Shown one piece after another: positions 1 to 13,655 of a DNA stretch of 64,000 bases. Every line of letters starts with the position of its first letter. Within the stretch, counting starts at the first letter, position 1. This DNA is from Balanoglossus misakiensis (lineage: Eukaryota; Animalia; Hemichordata), in the NCBI GenBank assembly GCA_040954595.2, contig CM082577.2, positions 9,573,846 to 9,637,845 of the forward strand, read 5' to 3'. Both the position numbers and the translations under genes were made by a program. Under the pieces are notes generated by a model that was not told the origin of the DNA, did no database searches, and saw nothing but the letters and a program-made list of their open reading frames with translations.

Positions 1-364
1 AGTTTTTCCTCGGCCTTCTTATCTCTGACGCTGACGCACTTGTTCCCTTTGATGTAAAATCGCAAGGGTTTGGACGCCCACTCCTCGGCATAATCGATCC
101 CGATCCGGGGACACGCCACGACGTCGCCGCCGACCACGCCATCGCCCTTCTCCAGCCAGAGTGCCTCGCACGCGGTCAGGTCCTTCTCGTTGAAGTCCGG
201 CTTGCTGACCGTCAGGGCCTGGCAGAGTTTGGACGGCCCGTTGCACAGCTCGTGGTCCTTCAGCGGCTTGGCTCCGTCCTTTCGTTTCTGGTTCCTGGCC
301 GCGTGCATCTCGTCGATTCCGTCGACCGGCTCCAAGGAACGGATGAGGACGGCCGCCCCTGCAC
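1..364 (-). CDS. MPG: DNA-3-methyladenine glycosylase, coding exon 2 (3' end beyond the window)
   Basis: Acceptor ttgcag| at 365. Frame reads GAGAAVLIRSLEPVDGIDEM...HELCNGPSKLCQAL...ALWLE...CPRIGIDYAEEWASKPLRFYIKGNKCVSVRDK, which carries the MPG/AAG motifs. Phase 1 matches exon 1. Confidence 0.95.
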
Positions 365-382
365 CTGCAATGGATAATCGGA

Positions 383-548
383 TACAGTAAAATGCCTGTT
401 AGTGGTCACCTCTACATAGTGGCCACTTTGATACAGTTCCTTTGCAATTCACACGTGCGTTGAGTAACCTCTGTATAAAGGCCACCTGTCTATAAAGGCC
501 AGTTTGGGAAACTCCCTTGGCTGGCCACTAATGACAGGTTCGACTGTA
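383..548. mobile_element. Tc1/mariner-type MITE (TA-CAGT...ACTG-TA) in the MPG intron
   Basis: TA flanks, imperfect TIRs (cagtaaaatgcctgttagtggtca / tggccactaatgacaggttcgactg) and internal sub-repeats (tataaaggcca). Confidence 0.7.
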
Positions 549-1875
549 TACTAAAATAGGTGCTCAATAGCCCTCCCAATGACATCAAACATGATCATGG
601 ACAGAATAGAACATTTAACCACTTTAACAAAAGAAAACAAACACAAATGATACATTAGTTAATCTGCCAAGAGAAGAAGAATTTGAAACGTCATGATTTT
701 TGTTGCAGAATCGAACCTATCTTCCAAAAATGTTATTTTGAAATATTTTCCTAGAAAAGTGGTGACAGAAGAAACTTGACCATCAGAAAAAGATGCATTT
801 TGGTGTCAACAACGACAAACATGGCCATGTCATAATGAAGTCATATCTTCAACAAAAATACAACAGTATTGTGTTACTGTGCAAATAATAAACAATTTTT
901 GAATATTTTGATCGCGTGCTAAGGACTTGAGGTCAGAATTCTTGGAATGTGCAAACAAAGCGCAAGAAGAATGCCCACTGTGTTCTACATAAACTTTGGA
1001 AAGAATTGATAACATTTCGCAAAACTGATCCAAGATACCCCGACTTACTGGTACATCAAGTTTTTGGCCTTGTAATGCTGTGGTATCATTTGCTGGTACA
1101 ACAAAACTACCACAAACAAACACTGTTGTCAGTGAATGAAGTGCAGATTTATTTCTTCCAAATACAGGTATTGCATTTCTCCTTGCTGAAGGTATACAAT
1201 CACCCTTAATTTACAAACGCCCATATATGGTTAAAGCTAAGGAGTGTGTCTAAGCATTCAAATCACTGTTTGGTGGCACACTTTTTTCACATGGCCACCC
1301 TGCAAAAATCTGTGATTGGCTACGTCTCAACTTTCCATGGCATTACTGTGGCCAAATTTGCAGAGGTGACTGTGTACCTTTAATACAGCCCATAATCAGA
1401 TGATGCAAAGAGCTGTTCGTTTTGATATGCGCTGCAGTGAGGATTCTAAACACACACACAGTTAACTTCCACATGTGGATTTAATGCAGTCTACCCAGAA
1501 TTAGTGACACTACTGTCAAATATCAAACCCTGATACATTGACATGAAGCATGCCAAATTCATTGTGCATGAGGCAAACAGCGGTAATTGAAAATGATTCC
1601 AATTTGAAATCAAATCAAAAACACGTGACAGCTATCATATCCATCACTTGGCAGACTAAACAAAACTGCAGGAAAGGAAAAATGCAGAAAACACGTATCA
1701 GTCTTGGATTACTGTCACTGTGTCTGTTGTTTTCAACAATCAGATGTCAGGTTGATGTCAATTTATAGAGAGTGTCTTTTGCAGTGCAGTACACCATATA
1801 GGCACCATTCATTCAAAGTGTTTCTGTTTTGGAAAAGTCTTGATTAGGAGAATCAAGATACGGTAAGTTCTTTAG

Positions 1876-1972
1876 CATTCTCCGTACAAAGATTGTAGCT
1901 AACCTAGCTAGGGGATCTGGTCGCTAGCTAGATTAGAATTATCCACGCGGTACAATCTCTGTAGGGAGAATG
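1876..1972. mobile_element. Foldback MITE with 9-bp target-site duplication
   Basis: TIRs cattctccgtacaaagattgta / tacaatctctgtagggagaatg, flanked by the direct repeat gttctttag at 1867-1875 and 1973-1981. Confidence 0.75.
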
Positions 1973-2635
1973 GTTCTTTAGCAGATTGACTATGCTGTTT
2001 CATACCACTAACTCTAAACTAAAGCCACAAATTTTAAGGCTGGGAATTCCACAAGTTTGGCGTCCAACATTTTCTCAGACAATGGCAGGAGTAGATGCAA
2101 TAATGGTAGGTTTGGTTGGGTGGATGGGTGGCTGGGTCGCGCTTTTGATGACAAACCAGCCACCAAGGCTACAATTATTGCAGCTATAGGGCCGGAGATG
2201 GTGTTTGGCTTTACAAAGACTGACTATGTGCATGAATTGGTGTGCCACCGGCAACTCATACAGGCATTACACTTCAGTGACAATGCCCATACAAAACCAC
2301 CATCACGTGAAATGTGGATCCGCGGGGTTACTGTGAACAGCTATGCCCATCATTTAGGGAAAAAATAGGTCAGTGGTTGGTGCGTGAGCATTTATGCCTT
2401 CAGAAGCACAGCACTTATGTTCATACGCTCTCACGTGTCAGAATGACATTTTTAGAAGACATTCTTTATACAAATAGATTTTAGGATGATAAAATTGAAT
2501 ATATTTGGAAACTTTAACCTTTTTATGGACATGGCTGAGGGTCTCTACGTAAATATAACCAGGTAAAATAGCTTCAAAGTAGTGGTATAACGTGTATGAT
2601 ATTTCAGGTTATCAGCAGTATTATGACGGACTTAC

Positions 2636-3194
2636 CTTGGCTGGATATGTTAATACAAGAATATGCCCCGTAGGTCCAGTACACGTATACTGTAGCTGGG
2701 TCCATGAACATTGCAGCATTTTTGGGCGTCTTCTTGCCACCTCGCGAGTGTGACGCTTTGTCCTCGCCACCTAAATATGCTTCCACCTCAACAATTTTAC
2801 CAGATATCCTGCCACCGGAATCTGGTTTTCTCACCAAAATCTGCCCCAGGAGCGCCTTTGCCAAGTCCGTGCATGATTTCTCAAAAAAGTCTTTGGTCAT
2901 TCGAGTTGAACTGCTAGATTCCTTGGTTCTTTTGTCGTCGAGCGCCAACCTGACTTTTTTGGACAATGTAACTGCTTCATCTTCGACGGCTGAGGTTCTT
3001 TTCCCCCTCCTTTTACCGGATGAAGAAGTTTTCTTCATTTTGTGACTGGTTGCTAGGCAACCAAGTTGATAAAGAGCTGTACTGAGCTGAGCTCTTGTGT
3101 TTTTGACGCAGAGAAAAAGTGCAGGTAACGGGTGTCGACCTACAATTTTAGCAAGACCGCCTGTCGCAATGTTACCTGCATATATTGATGACAT
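2636..3194 (-). CDS. MPG: DNA-3-methyladenine glycosylase, coding exon 1 (ATG at 3194; alternative in-frame ATG at 3038)
   Basis: FFEKSCTDLAKALLGQILVRK...GKIVEVEAYLGGEDKASHSRGGKKTPKNAAMF...VYVYWTYGAYSCINISSQG includes the catalytic Glu of the EAY motif. Donor CAAG|gtaag at 2635. Confidence 0.95.
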
Positions 3195-3600
3195 CGGACA
3201 AAACTTGTGATCGATAGAATCTGCTGTGTTCAGCTAAAATTTTACAGGCGTGTGTGAACGTGTCGGAAGAAGTGTCCATTTCATAGCTAGGGGTCAAACG
3301 AGGTCAAAGAGTAGAACGCATGCGTATGACTGACATTTTGACAGCATTTCCCACACACGGTTCACGGTTGGAGCGAGTCAGTGTTGAGTTTCCTATATGC
3401 CGCTAACTATGTGTTACATGTCGGAACACCCTTGAAATACTGTGTGGATGCGGTGTAGCCTTTTGTGTTTTCTAGGTGAGTGGATCGATGACAAACGTTG
3501 GCCTGTGCCAAAAAACCCGCGTCATTTCTTTCCGGTCCGTGAACCGGGAACGTGACTGACTGATCTGTACCTGCTGCGCCGCCAAGGAATCGGATTGTGA
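3195..3600. promoter_or_regulatory. Bidirectional promoter region shared by MPG and iRhom
   Basis: CpG-rich segment between divergent genes. It has ETS-type CGGAAG/CTTCCG (about 3264 and 3528), NRF1-like CGCATGCG (about 3317) and a DR4-like GGGTCAaacgAGGTCA (3291-3306). Confidence 0.6.
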
Positions 3601-3742
3601 CAATATCAGTTCGGTGTTGACTATTGGGCGTGTGTGTGGCTAGCATTTTGTAAACGTTTGCGGAGATCACATGGTATGCCATCGGTAGTACCAATACACA
3701 ACAGATCGCAGCGGCAGACATTGTTTTGCAAAGATTAACCGG
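3600..3742 (+). other. RHBDF1: Probable non-coding first exon of iRhom (start approximate)
   Basis: Donor CGG|gtaagg at 3743 next to the CpG-rich promoter. The first coding exon (9708) begins with an acceptor, so an upstream exon is required. Confidence 0.5.
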
Positions 3743-5692
3743 GTAAGGAGATCTCTGATTTCTTCCTTGTTGTATCGAAAGCTTTATGTCTCGTCTGTCG
3801 CAAGGTCACGACGACTCACGTACCATCAGTCATTCACGAATTGTCTGGTATCGTCTATCCATGTTCAATAGGAAGGCGAACTGGTTTTGTTCTCTCAAAA
3901 GATGTTCATGTCAATTAAACTCTTGTGAATGTGAGAACTGTTTCGTTTTGCCGGTTGTTTACAACGAGTGCACCATGGCACTTAAAACAAACACTTCAGA
4001 ATATGTGTGAACGTCATTTGAAATATTGCTTTTAAAAGTTTTATCACAAATAATCAGATCTGGAATGTGTAAACCACCAAGGTATCGATACAGTGTCTCA
4101 TCATCGACGAAAATAGTCGCATACTTCGGGAAACCCCCCTTTGGTCATTCTCAGCTGACTCGAAAATATGACTTGATCATCACATTTCTTTGCTGCCAAG
4201 TGGTAAGATTGTCATCCAAAACTGACACATTATAGTAATTTTTACCAAGTACATGTACACACACACCTTCCTCGCATATCCTGTATGCAAGACAGTCACA
4301 GATCGCCGGATGTGTCAAAGTTGACAGGCAAAAAGCTGACCCACTTTTCCAAAGTGGGTACCTATTAACCCCAGTACTTCTCATGATCATTCCTTCTTGT
4401 CAGAAAAAAAGAAAAATCAATTTGACTGGCCAGACCCAATAATTGGGTGAGGGGTCACAGTCAGCCACTTCATATGATATCCCCAATGCTGTGAATTAAA
4501 ATTAAGAATCCCAAACCAGAAAACACCTAGTGCCCACATTACCAGGCTTTGCCATGCTTCATTGTGAAAACAATTTGGAAGTTTTGCATTAATACTTAAG
4601 TTACGGGTATATAGACTTATAGTGTTATACAGTGATACTACAGAATTTGTTGGCCAATTTATGTGAACATCTCACAAATCTCAAACTTTCCCAGTCACAC
4701 GTGTCATGTCAGGAAGCATTCTCTGCCGTAGTATATTCTTGGGCGTCAACAATTTACAAGGACTTTCTGACCTTTAAGTGTAGGTCGGTTCGTTTACGTG
4801 AAATCAGAGGCAAGACTGGGGCTTTAGAAGTCGATAGAATAACCACAGGCACTGTCCACATCGGGCGTGATCGACAGTGCCTATGAGAATAACAGCTGCA
4901 ACCGCAGTATTAATCTGCAAGCAAAGTTATTGCACAGTTGAACCTACTCCCAGATCAGCCACAAAGTGACTTGCGAAAATGACCAGGTCAGGTGTTGCAT
5001 CAGTCACTCTGCCCGAATGCAATTGGGCCAAGATTTCTTTGCTCATATCTTTAAATATTGAAATAACAAGAAAAATAATTGATGTTCAAATATTTTCCTT
5101 GTTTGTTAATACAATGTAGTCAAATAGAATTCTGGTGAATTAAGAAACATTTTTTTTTATCATCCAAAGTGGAAAGTGCGGGACCTTTACCCCTCAGACC
5201 ATAGACCCTAGTATGCTCAGACAAAACAAACATTGAATGATGAAAATTACCGAGAGATATTATGCAGGTTGAATAGCCACGATAACATGTTTGTTACACT
5301 TATAGAACTTGTTACAATTAAGATCTTCATTTGCCAAGTTTCATTATAATTGTTCCTCTAATTGTATATGATCTACAGCTATACAAATAGGCATTAGCCA
5401 TGCCACAAGTAAAACAGTGAGAGTTTTCAGACAATTTTTGTAAATCAGCCTTGGCAGTAGTCATGAATTGTACAAAAAAACGTTTGCCTCTTTCATGCTG
5501 TGAATTCGAGGGCACCACACCCACACACCATAGTGTGATATTTTTGTGTACCAGTCTCTGTCTGCGCATTGTTACTGAACACAAGTGTCCTACACCTGTC
5601 ATATGTTGGATAAAATCCACCATATGAAGAGGAAAAAAATACTCGCTGTCAGAAATCATCAGGTACATTCAAATTTCAGCTCAGGATGTCTC

Positions 5693-5785
5693 TTAACCCT
5701 TTCGCCCCCAGGCCCCTCTTTAGAGGTCTAACATTACCACGGAAAACAATGGGTTTGGACTTGACCATGGTGGGGAAAGGGTGAA
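5693..5785. mobile_element. piggyBac-like ~90-bp MITE, copy 1 (inverted relative to copies 2 and 3)
   Basis: TTAA-CCCTTTC...GAAAGGG-TGAA; the interior is the reverse complement of 17423-17515. Confidence 0.8.
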
Positions 5786-8700
5786 GAATTATTCAATGGC
5801 ACCTGGATCCTTTTTACAGCATTATGTTGTCACATGATTTACAGATAGGCAGCTGTAACTTTTGGAAGCGTTATAAGTTATGGGCATTTGTCTGTAGGCA
5901 TGCGTTGTATCACTTTGAAAATATAAAGAGTGGGTTCTTACAAAATAAGCTTTTGTTTCAGTGAGATGGACGATGTCTTGTCAATGACCCATTCTGAAAT
6001 CATTACACACATCACAGGGAGCATTGAATAGTGGGTGGCTTAGAGGAGGACCATGTTCTGCTCTAATTGCGCACAGCAATTTCCCAGTACTGTCTCTCCC
6101 CCCCCCCCCCCCCCCCCCCCATCGCACACAAAAATCACGACTCCAGCTGTCATGAATATTTTATAGTCCGGTTGCTCAGTCCCCTGAAAAACTGTTAAAA
6201 AATTGATAATAAAACCCCATGCACAGGATCATGTTATACGTAGATTAGAGATGGATTAGCCGGTCGTTTACAGTTACTAAATTCTTGCTGCAGGCTGAAT
6301 GCAGATATATTCCTTTCCGCATCAGTGATAGGATTGTGCAGACACGTACTCTGCTTTCACTTCTTAACAGGGAAAGCCGGAACAGGCGGTCGAGTTTGAG
6401 TCATGGTTTTTCCCCAGTGACACAGATCTCCCAAGGACAACGTTGAGTTTGTGGGAGTTGTTTTAACGGTATACACACATGGCCCTTGTAGGGTTTTGTC
6501 GAAGATGTTTTTTATCAAAATGTAAAATTTTTGGCCAATATTCTCTGTTCGATGCTCGATGAAGCAGGTAACTTTTCAGTTGACAAAAGAGCCACAGACA
6601 GTTTCATACTAATTATATACAGTGTACTACATGTGTATTTTGTGATACATGCAGGCGACACTCCAAATTAAAATGTTTACAGAAATGAGAATAGATAGGG
6701 GCATATCCTGTGCAGACGACAGGTGCTGGGTGTTGTTCGATAAGAGAAAATCTCCAAAGGCATACGGGTATATTATCATGCAAACAGAAGGGCAAAGTTC
6801 AAGACTTGTGATGATTGTACTGGTTCATCATCCTGTGTTTTCACAATCCTATCTATCATTATTCATTTTTTACTCTCAATCAAAGTTTTCCCTATAATTG
6901 TTGAATTAAAACAAAAATCTGATCTTTTGTGAATTTAAATATTTATGACATATCTGATATTTAGACTCGTCTTTTTGAGAAGAAAACGTCAAAATCAAAG
7001 GTTAAGAAAAGTTCCTGAATCGCAAAAGTAACATGCACGAAAGGTGATAGTTGAATCCTGAACTTTAACTGTATTTATGTTGATTTTATGGAAGTGTCAC
7101 CCCCGTCTTGACCCCAAAACCACTGGTTAATTGGAACATGGTTTATAGTCTAGTTGTGGTGAACTGTTTCGCAGACATTGAACAACGAACCCAGGCTATT
7201 AGCAAAGCTTTCGGTATCACTGATTGGAGGCATGAGTTTATCAATGAGCGAGTGATGGATTTACTGGGGTCATTTACACTTAAAGGGTGTGTAACTAACA
7301 GATTGTGTAAAATAATATCCCACACTAGACACATGGGTCAAATGGCGATGACCGCAGATTTGTAGCTTGGTTTAACATGTCCGATTGGGAAAACGGCTGA
7401 ACTATTTCAGTGCGTATGCGTAGTCTAGACTCTAGACATTGTGTATCAGTATTTTCGCTCTCGATACGTAGTCCAGATTCTAGACTAATGTATGTGTTTG
7501 TGAAGTGTAAAGTTTAGACACCACGGTATGCAATGTAATGAGACACATCACCAGAATGTGACTATATATATTACATGATCCAGTATATCATTATTACAAC
7601 TCTTACAATACGCTGCTAGCTTTTTTTAGTTTTCTATGCTTTATTTAGCGTTTGTTAGATGTCAGCTGAAAATGTTACAAATGTGAGGTAACTTCATGGG
7701 CTCAAGGAAATGAGATTACTTCTGTTCCTGGAATCCTGGTATTAAAAATTCAACAGTTCTCAGCGTAAAAACAAGCCCAAGGACCATATGTACAGTTCTA
7801 TTTGAAGACAACAGCAATGAACATCTGATGTTGACGTAATCAGAAATTGGCCAGGGCCCTTTTCAGTATTTCTTTCTTTATAATATTAATATAATCCCAG
7901 ACTTATTTCTTAGGCATAAATTAACTGGTGAAAACAGACTGGACATGTAACATCGCCCGACCTCATTATGGAGAGATTACACCAAACCATAATGTCCATG
8001 AAGGACAAATCCGTGTTTTCAGTCCAGCCTCAATTGTCAATTGCACTCATTTCCCACAATGCATCTGGGCTGCTGGCCTTCTCGTTTATATATTATTCAA
8101 CACAGCTAAATATCAAGGTGCTTTCCCAGTAAATATTCTATAAAAATTCAAACCCTCTGTAGATCCTGTAAATTACAGTGCTGAACGTGATTTAACAGCA
8201 GTTTTAAAATTCAAACCTTGGTTTCAATATTCTTCAACTGTCTACTTTCGTCAAGGTAAAAAGAATTGTAGATATGGGCAGTGAGCCAAACATTTTGTCC
8301 TGCCAGCATTTTTTGGCCGTAGCTCTATTTTTAAGACAGAGTTTAATTTTCTGAAATAAGGTATTTTTAAGATATTCTCATTTTATTCAAATATTTTATT
8401 AATGTCAAACAAAATCAAACAAAACCAGGGAAGCCTAAGTATGGTTTAATTTGTGGAGAAAATTTAGCCAGAAGAATTACAAATGCGAGTTAATTAGTTA
8501 ATGGTGTGATTATGCTGTAGTGGTTGTGTAAGAAGTATTTTCTTCTCCAGTGTCAATTTTATAATGTTGCATCAAATTTGCAGGATTATTACGGAACTTT
8601 AGAATTTCTGTATAATGTGGTTATCAGACTCTCATTTATAATGGAAATGTTGAAATCACAATGGTCAAAGCCAGCTAGCTTAAAATGATTCTTTTCTGTT

Positions 8701-9738
8701 AATTTGCCATTTTTTTGAGAATGTTTTGTTGGGCATTGAATTCGGCTCAATTACACCATGGCTCAATTTCATTTCAATGCGTAAAGTCCACTCTTTTGAA
8801 AATATCTTTGAATATAAAAAGTAAAGAGGTCACAGGTCATGGTTATGTAATTATTATGCTAATGAGTTGAAGATGTCAATGCCTGCCCCCTGCAGCATTT
8901 TGTTGGAGGTGAATAGTTGATTAGTGACATCTTTTCTTATTTGATGCGCAAAAATGACAGACCTGTAGAGCTCAAATAATTGCATGGCCTTCTGACCAAG
9001 GATTTTCTTTTGGGTCACCATATTGTCTGCAGGGGGGAAAATGAAATTGCATAAAAACACAATAATGACGGCACCTCCCAAAAAAGATTTTTACTAAATA
9101 TTTTTTTTATCTGTCACTATCATTTGCGGTTGCATCCAGCTGCTATTTTACACAGTCCCTCCAAATTATTCTGAATGAATTCCCTGCCAAATTTAATGGT
9201 TTGGTCCTATGTTTTGAAGGTTGATAACCTACGTGCACCTGAAAATGATACTTTGGATAAACGGGGGATTTGCGTGGATTTGCTCGTAGAAAATGTCATT
9301 CGGGAAATGTTGAAAGGTGATCAAAATTTTCTCATTGGAAATAATATTCTGAGTTGATGGTGTTAGAGCAGAATTTTCTGTTCTCATGAGATGGTTACAT
9401 TTGGATGTTATTTTTGTACAAAAAATTAACCCATCTCAAGGTCTGTATCAACATTTTGTCAGAAACTCGTTTTCTAAACATTGTGCGACTTATACCTTGT
9501 CTCAGTGTTTTTGTTAGGGCGGTACCTAGGTAAAATCTACCGGAGTTCCTCAGTCATTTTACCGGGGTTCCCCTGGGTGTATCAATGTAGTTATATTAGG
9601 GGGTTGTAGAAATGTTACCGGGGTTCCCAAATCCATTACCAATGTTCCCCATCCTTAGCAAAAACACTGTTGTCTTAACTACTATTTGTGGATGTTTTCT
9701 TGGACAGGTACTCCATAGACTAGACTGACTCTTCCCCA

Positions 9739-9935
9739 ATGCGCAAGCAAGTCGCCGGTGAGCACTCTGTACGGTTGGCCGAACATCACAACCCACCAAC
9801 GAACCCGCAAGGTACCGGAGTGATGAGGAGTCTATCCCAACCCGCCCACGCCGAGGCCAGAGTGTATTTCTCGGAGCCCCCTCCCGCGGCGGCAGCCACT
9901 CACACGAATCTCAGCAGGCGGCAGTCGATGAAAGA
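9739..9935 (+). CDS. RHBDF1: Inactive rhomboid protein (iRhom), coding exon 1
   Basis: Acceptor at 9706-9707, ATG at 9739, MRSLSQP...LSRRQSMKE, donor GA|gtaagt; frame joins the next exon. Confidence 0.8.
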
Positions 9936-9977
9936 GTAAGTCAGATAATGATTTATTTTTTCCCCTCAAAATGTACA

Positions 9978-10142
9978 TACAGTAAAACTCCAATTATCCG
10001 AACTGATAGGGGGACATTGATTTTGTTCGGATATGCAGACAGTTCGGTTATTCGGATAACGATCGTATACAATAGAACTGTTTGGGGGACATGACAGCAG
10101 TTCGGATAACCAAACAATTTGGATAATTGGAGTTTTCATGTA
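9978..10142. mobile_element. Tc1/pogo-type MITE
   Basis: TA-cagtaaaactccaattatccgaa ... ttggataattggagttttcatg-TA, with internal ttcggata repeats. Confidence 0.75.
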
Positions 10143-10305
10143 TTACCAATTGAAATACTGTAAAACTTGTCTGATGGTCGCTTTCCATGTAGTGCAGTGA
10201 TGTTCAGAGCAACCATCATGGTAATTAATTACATCCTGGCATTTCAGTTGGCGAGACAGCTCTGCACTGAGCATGCCTGATATACCTGTGTGTCCTTAGT
10301 GTTCA

Positions 10306-10373
10306 TAGTCTCGGTTACTCAGACGCCTTTGCTTCTTCCGGAAGAAGCAAAGGCGTCTGGGTAACCGAGACTA
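10306..10373. mobile_element. 68-bp near-perfect palindrome (TAG...CTA) with 9-bp TSD
   Basis: tagtctcggttactcagacgcctttgcttcttcc|ggaagaagcaaaggcgtctgggtaaccgagacta; direct repeat tagtgttca at 10297-10305 and 10374-10382. Confidence 0.85.
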
Positions 10374-13300
10374 TAGTGTTCATTGTTTTGAGAAAGCAAC
10401 AATATGACATCACTTCACTGCACAAAAAAACACCACCCTGACAAACCAAGAGATAGCATGAATTTGACCACGTACAATTGAGAAACTTGTGACAACATGA
10501 CGTAAATATCTTCTCATATTACACGAAAACAAAAACTTGAATTTTCCCACGGATTTTTTTACCAACAATGTTCTTTGTTTACGAGTAATTTTCACAAGCG
10601 GTAAATTACCGGAGTGAGTAGTTCGTCCACACACACCTTCCATCCCGCTTGTTGACACGAGAGTGAAAAAAACTCGCCAAAATGAATAATCGTTCTCTAC
10701 CATTTATTCATTTTGGGCGAGTTTTTATTCTCATAAACGGTGTCTTGTATCAAACATACTTAATGGAAAAAGGGCAGCGAGAGAGAGAGACTTTGTCCCT
10801 CTAACACCCTGCCCTTGGAATCAAGTTACTGGGATCTGGATGAGCTACTGTCATGTGCCTCTCAGTGACACGGTGTCACCCAGAGACTTCAAACGGCTAT
10901 ATTCGTCTGACGAACGAGTGCCATGCTCGAACTCTTGTGACCCGCGTCCCGTTTATTTCTCACTGATTGAAAGACATCTGCTGATAGATCGTCCCGTCTG
11001 CCCTTCCAGCGACCTTTGCATTCTTTTCGTTTGGTTCTCCTTTCGTTTTTGTAACACATACATAGAGACCATGTTTCAGTCACTGATAGCAATGTCTGTA
11101 GATCTTGTGTCATACACGAAGATGGCACCCATCCTACAGTGTCACCAGTGCACACAAACAAGATTCATTAATTTCCGTGATATATTACCACTCACCATAT
11201 AAGTATAAACAGTCGGACGTCCAGTACCTCTTTAAGTTGCGTTTTACAACAGTGGTTGGCGTCAAGTCCACAATGGTTTGATAAAAGTCTGTTTCAGTCC
11301 AGCTACCCCATCTTTATCTCTATTCTTACCAAGCGCCTGAATTAAGCTGCATCTATGTTTTTTTGTTTGAAACTGTTGACATACAAAATGTCATTGAGCT
11401 CACTATGTGTCTGCTTGTTACATGTACAAGAAACATACAGAATGTTCAATTAATTTATGATGCACCCCAACTGTGAGCAGTGAGCAGCTTTCAAAACCAG
11501 CTTTTCACTCAAAAATGACATTTTGGAATTTTGTTTTTCGTGAACTGTAGCTCCTAATTGGTTTATGCATGACCTGGTTGTAATCGTTGTTTTCAGTTTC
11601 GTAAATAGGGAGGGATCAGAGTCCAACTTGTTACTCTAGTTCCGGTAGAGATAATGAAATGTTATCTGTGTCACTAATATAAGTTTTCTTGTACAGATCA
11701 GGCTACTTCAAAGTTGCATCCGACCTTGCGTTGGATTTCTCAGAATATGCGAGGGGGCTTCCTTTGTGTGTAGCAAACTTTGTTTTTATTGCTCGCCCAT
11801 TTTTGTTTGTTTGGGGTCAAAAAAATGTCGCCAGAGAATACCGCCAGGAAATCGGTGGGCGTCTGTTAAACGGCCTACGCTGTTAAATACCTTCAGCGGT
11901 TCAAAAAAAATCTGTAGAATTTGCAGGAGTTCAATAAAAGTTCAGACAAGTCTCTTTTGTAGGCACCGTTCATTCTGTAAAATTTGGAAATCACAGAATG
12001 GCTTCCTGAAAATTTTAAAATCCAGTACAAATTTCTCCCGAGAGACACAGAATCCATGTAGGCAATCTATAACGTTGTTCACATCATTCATCAATCCGAT
12101 TGAAATTTAGGGCGACACAAAGTACATTTTGTAAGTGTCCTTTTGGGGAATAGATTTGGGCCACATCCGTACTACATATACTAGTACCTGAATTTGGGCA
12201 GTCTCAGATTTTGTCTCCACCCTACTCCAGCTACCCACAAACCGCCATTTTACACTCTGTCTTATTGCATATGACCATGTGAAGGCTCAACTTAGGCCAA
12301 CGTAATGCGTCCACATGTGCAAATTTTGCGTCAGGCCAGATTTTAAGTCAGCCCTGAACCCCCTTCCTACCAGGACCAACCTAAGTCACCCCTAGGCTGA
12401 CACAGGGTTGTCCATATTGGTTCTTTTACGCCGGCCCAGGCCCAGCACCAGTAATACACTGCCGTAAGCTGTCCAGTCTGAACACCCTTATTGTGAGTGT
12501 GACTGACTTTGCCATGTTGCAGTGCACTGTATCGATTTGATACAGAAGTTTGTCCCCAATGCTTAGTTTCCGGAACTGGCACTTGTGAACTTTTAACACT
12601 TCTAGTGCAAGTAGTGGTAATTTAAGCCCATCAGGGAACGATACTCTAAACAGCTACTGCTTGTTGTGTTTCACACGTCTTCATCTGGGCTGTCTCACTG
12701 CCAAAAATCGGCGCGAGTGAGTGGTGCTTCCTTCAAAGACACTGTTCAGCGCAGAAGAACTTAATACTCCCAAGTGACAAGCATCTGTGATACAATTACA
12801 TTGAAAGTTTTGTAAATGGCATCAGCAACTGTCTATGTTTTGTGCTATCGTGGCCATTCTAGCTTAATTAAAATATCCATCGATCCGTGGCATTTGATCT
12901 GACAGGCTTTTGCGGTCAAAGTTTGGCAGAGTCGAGAAAAACTTGGGCACAAATCATAATCTCAGTCCAGAAATAAAACATATTTCGCCACACATCATTT
13001 TGATTGAGAAATTCAAAACTGTACTGCATGTGGTGAAGTGATTCTGGGATTATGGTTTAAAATGTTGCTTGTTTGCATTTTTTGTGGGAAGACTTTATCA
13101 CATTTTGATGGCACTTAAGTTGGATATTTATGATGACATGATTTAATAGTGGACGAGAGTTTATAAGTAAGCACAGTACGTAATTCAGAATGGAAGCCTA
13201 CATGTATCTGTTCTAAGAATAAGTTTGATAAACCAACCATTGGCCCTCCCATGACCTGCTTTGTTCTCAAGTGTCTCCCTACTTTGGGAGACACTTTCTA

Positions 13301-13461
13301 ACTTCTTAGAATTTATTTGTGTTTATAGAAATCAAACTGCTGATTTGTAGGCATCTGGGTACAGTAACAAGTTTGAATCCAGTATGAATCATCATTGTAT
13401 TCTTCTACCGTATATTAAAATCAGACATTTCTCTCTCTCTGTCGTTTTGTCCGCTGACCAG

Positions 13462-13655
13462 GAGGATAACGAGAGGGACGGCCGATTTCTTTGGCATCGG
13501 CGAAAACTGCTCCGAGGACCAGACGAAATGGAAGCAGAGGCGATGTCGGAGCCGCCGGTTCAGTCGCCGGTTCAAGAAGGACGTCAGGGAGCAACTGCAG
13601 AGGGAGAAGGAGGAGAAAGAGATGGAGCAGTTGCCGCAGATAGTCGACCCCTTAG
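13462..13655 (+). CDS. RHBDF1: iRhom coding exon 2
   Basis: RITRGTADFFGIGENCSEDQTKWKQRR resembles the vertebrate iRhom RRGTADWFGV...QKWQRK motif; AG/GT boundaries are in phase. Confidence 0.9.

Noticed and set aside
9538-9650. Repeated accggggttccc units resembling a CRISPR array
   Set aside because: Short, degenerate and irregularly spaced, in a eukaryotic intron with no cas genes; probably a repeat remnant.
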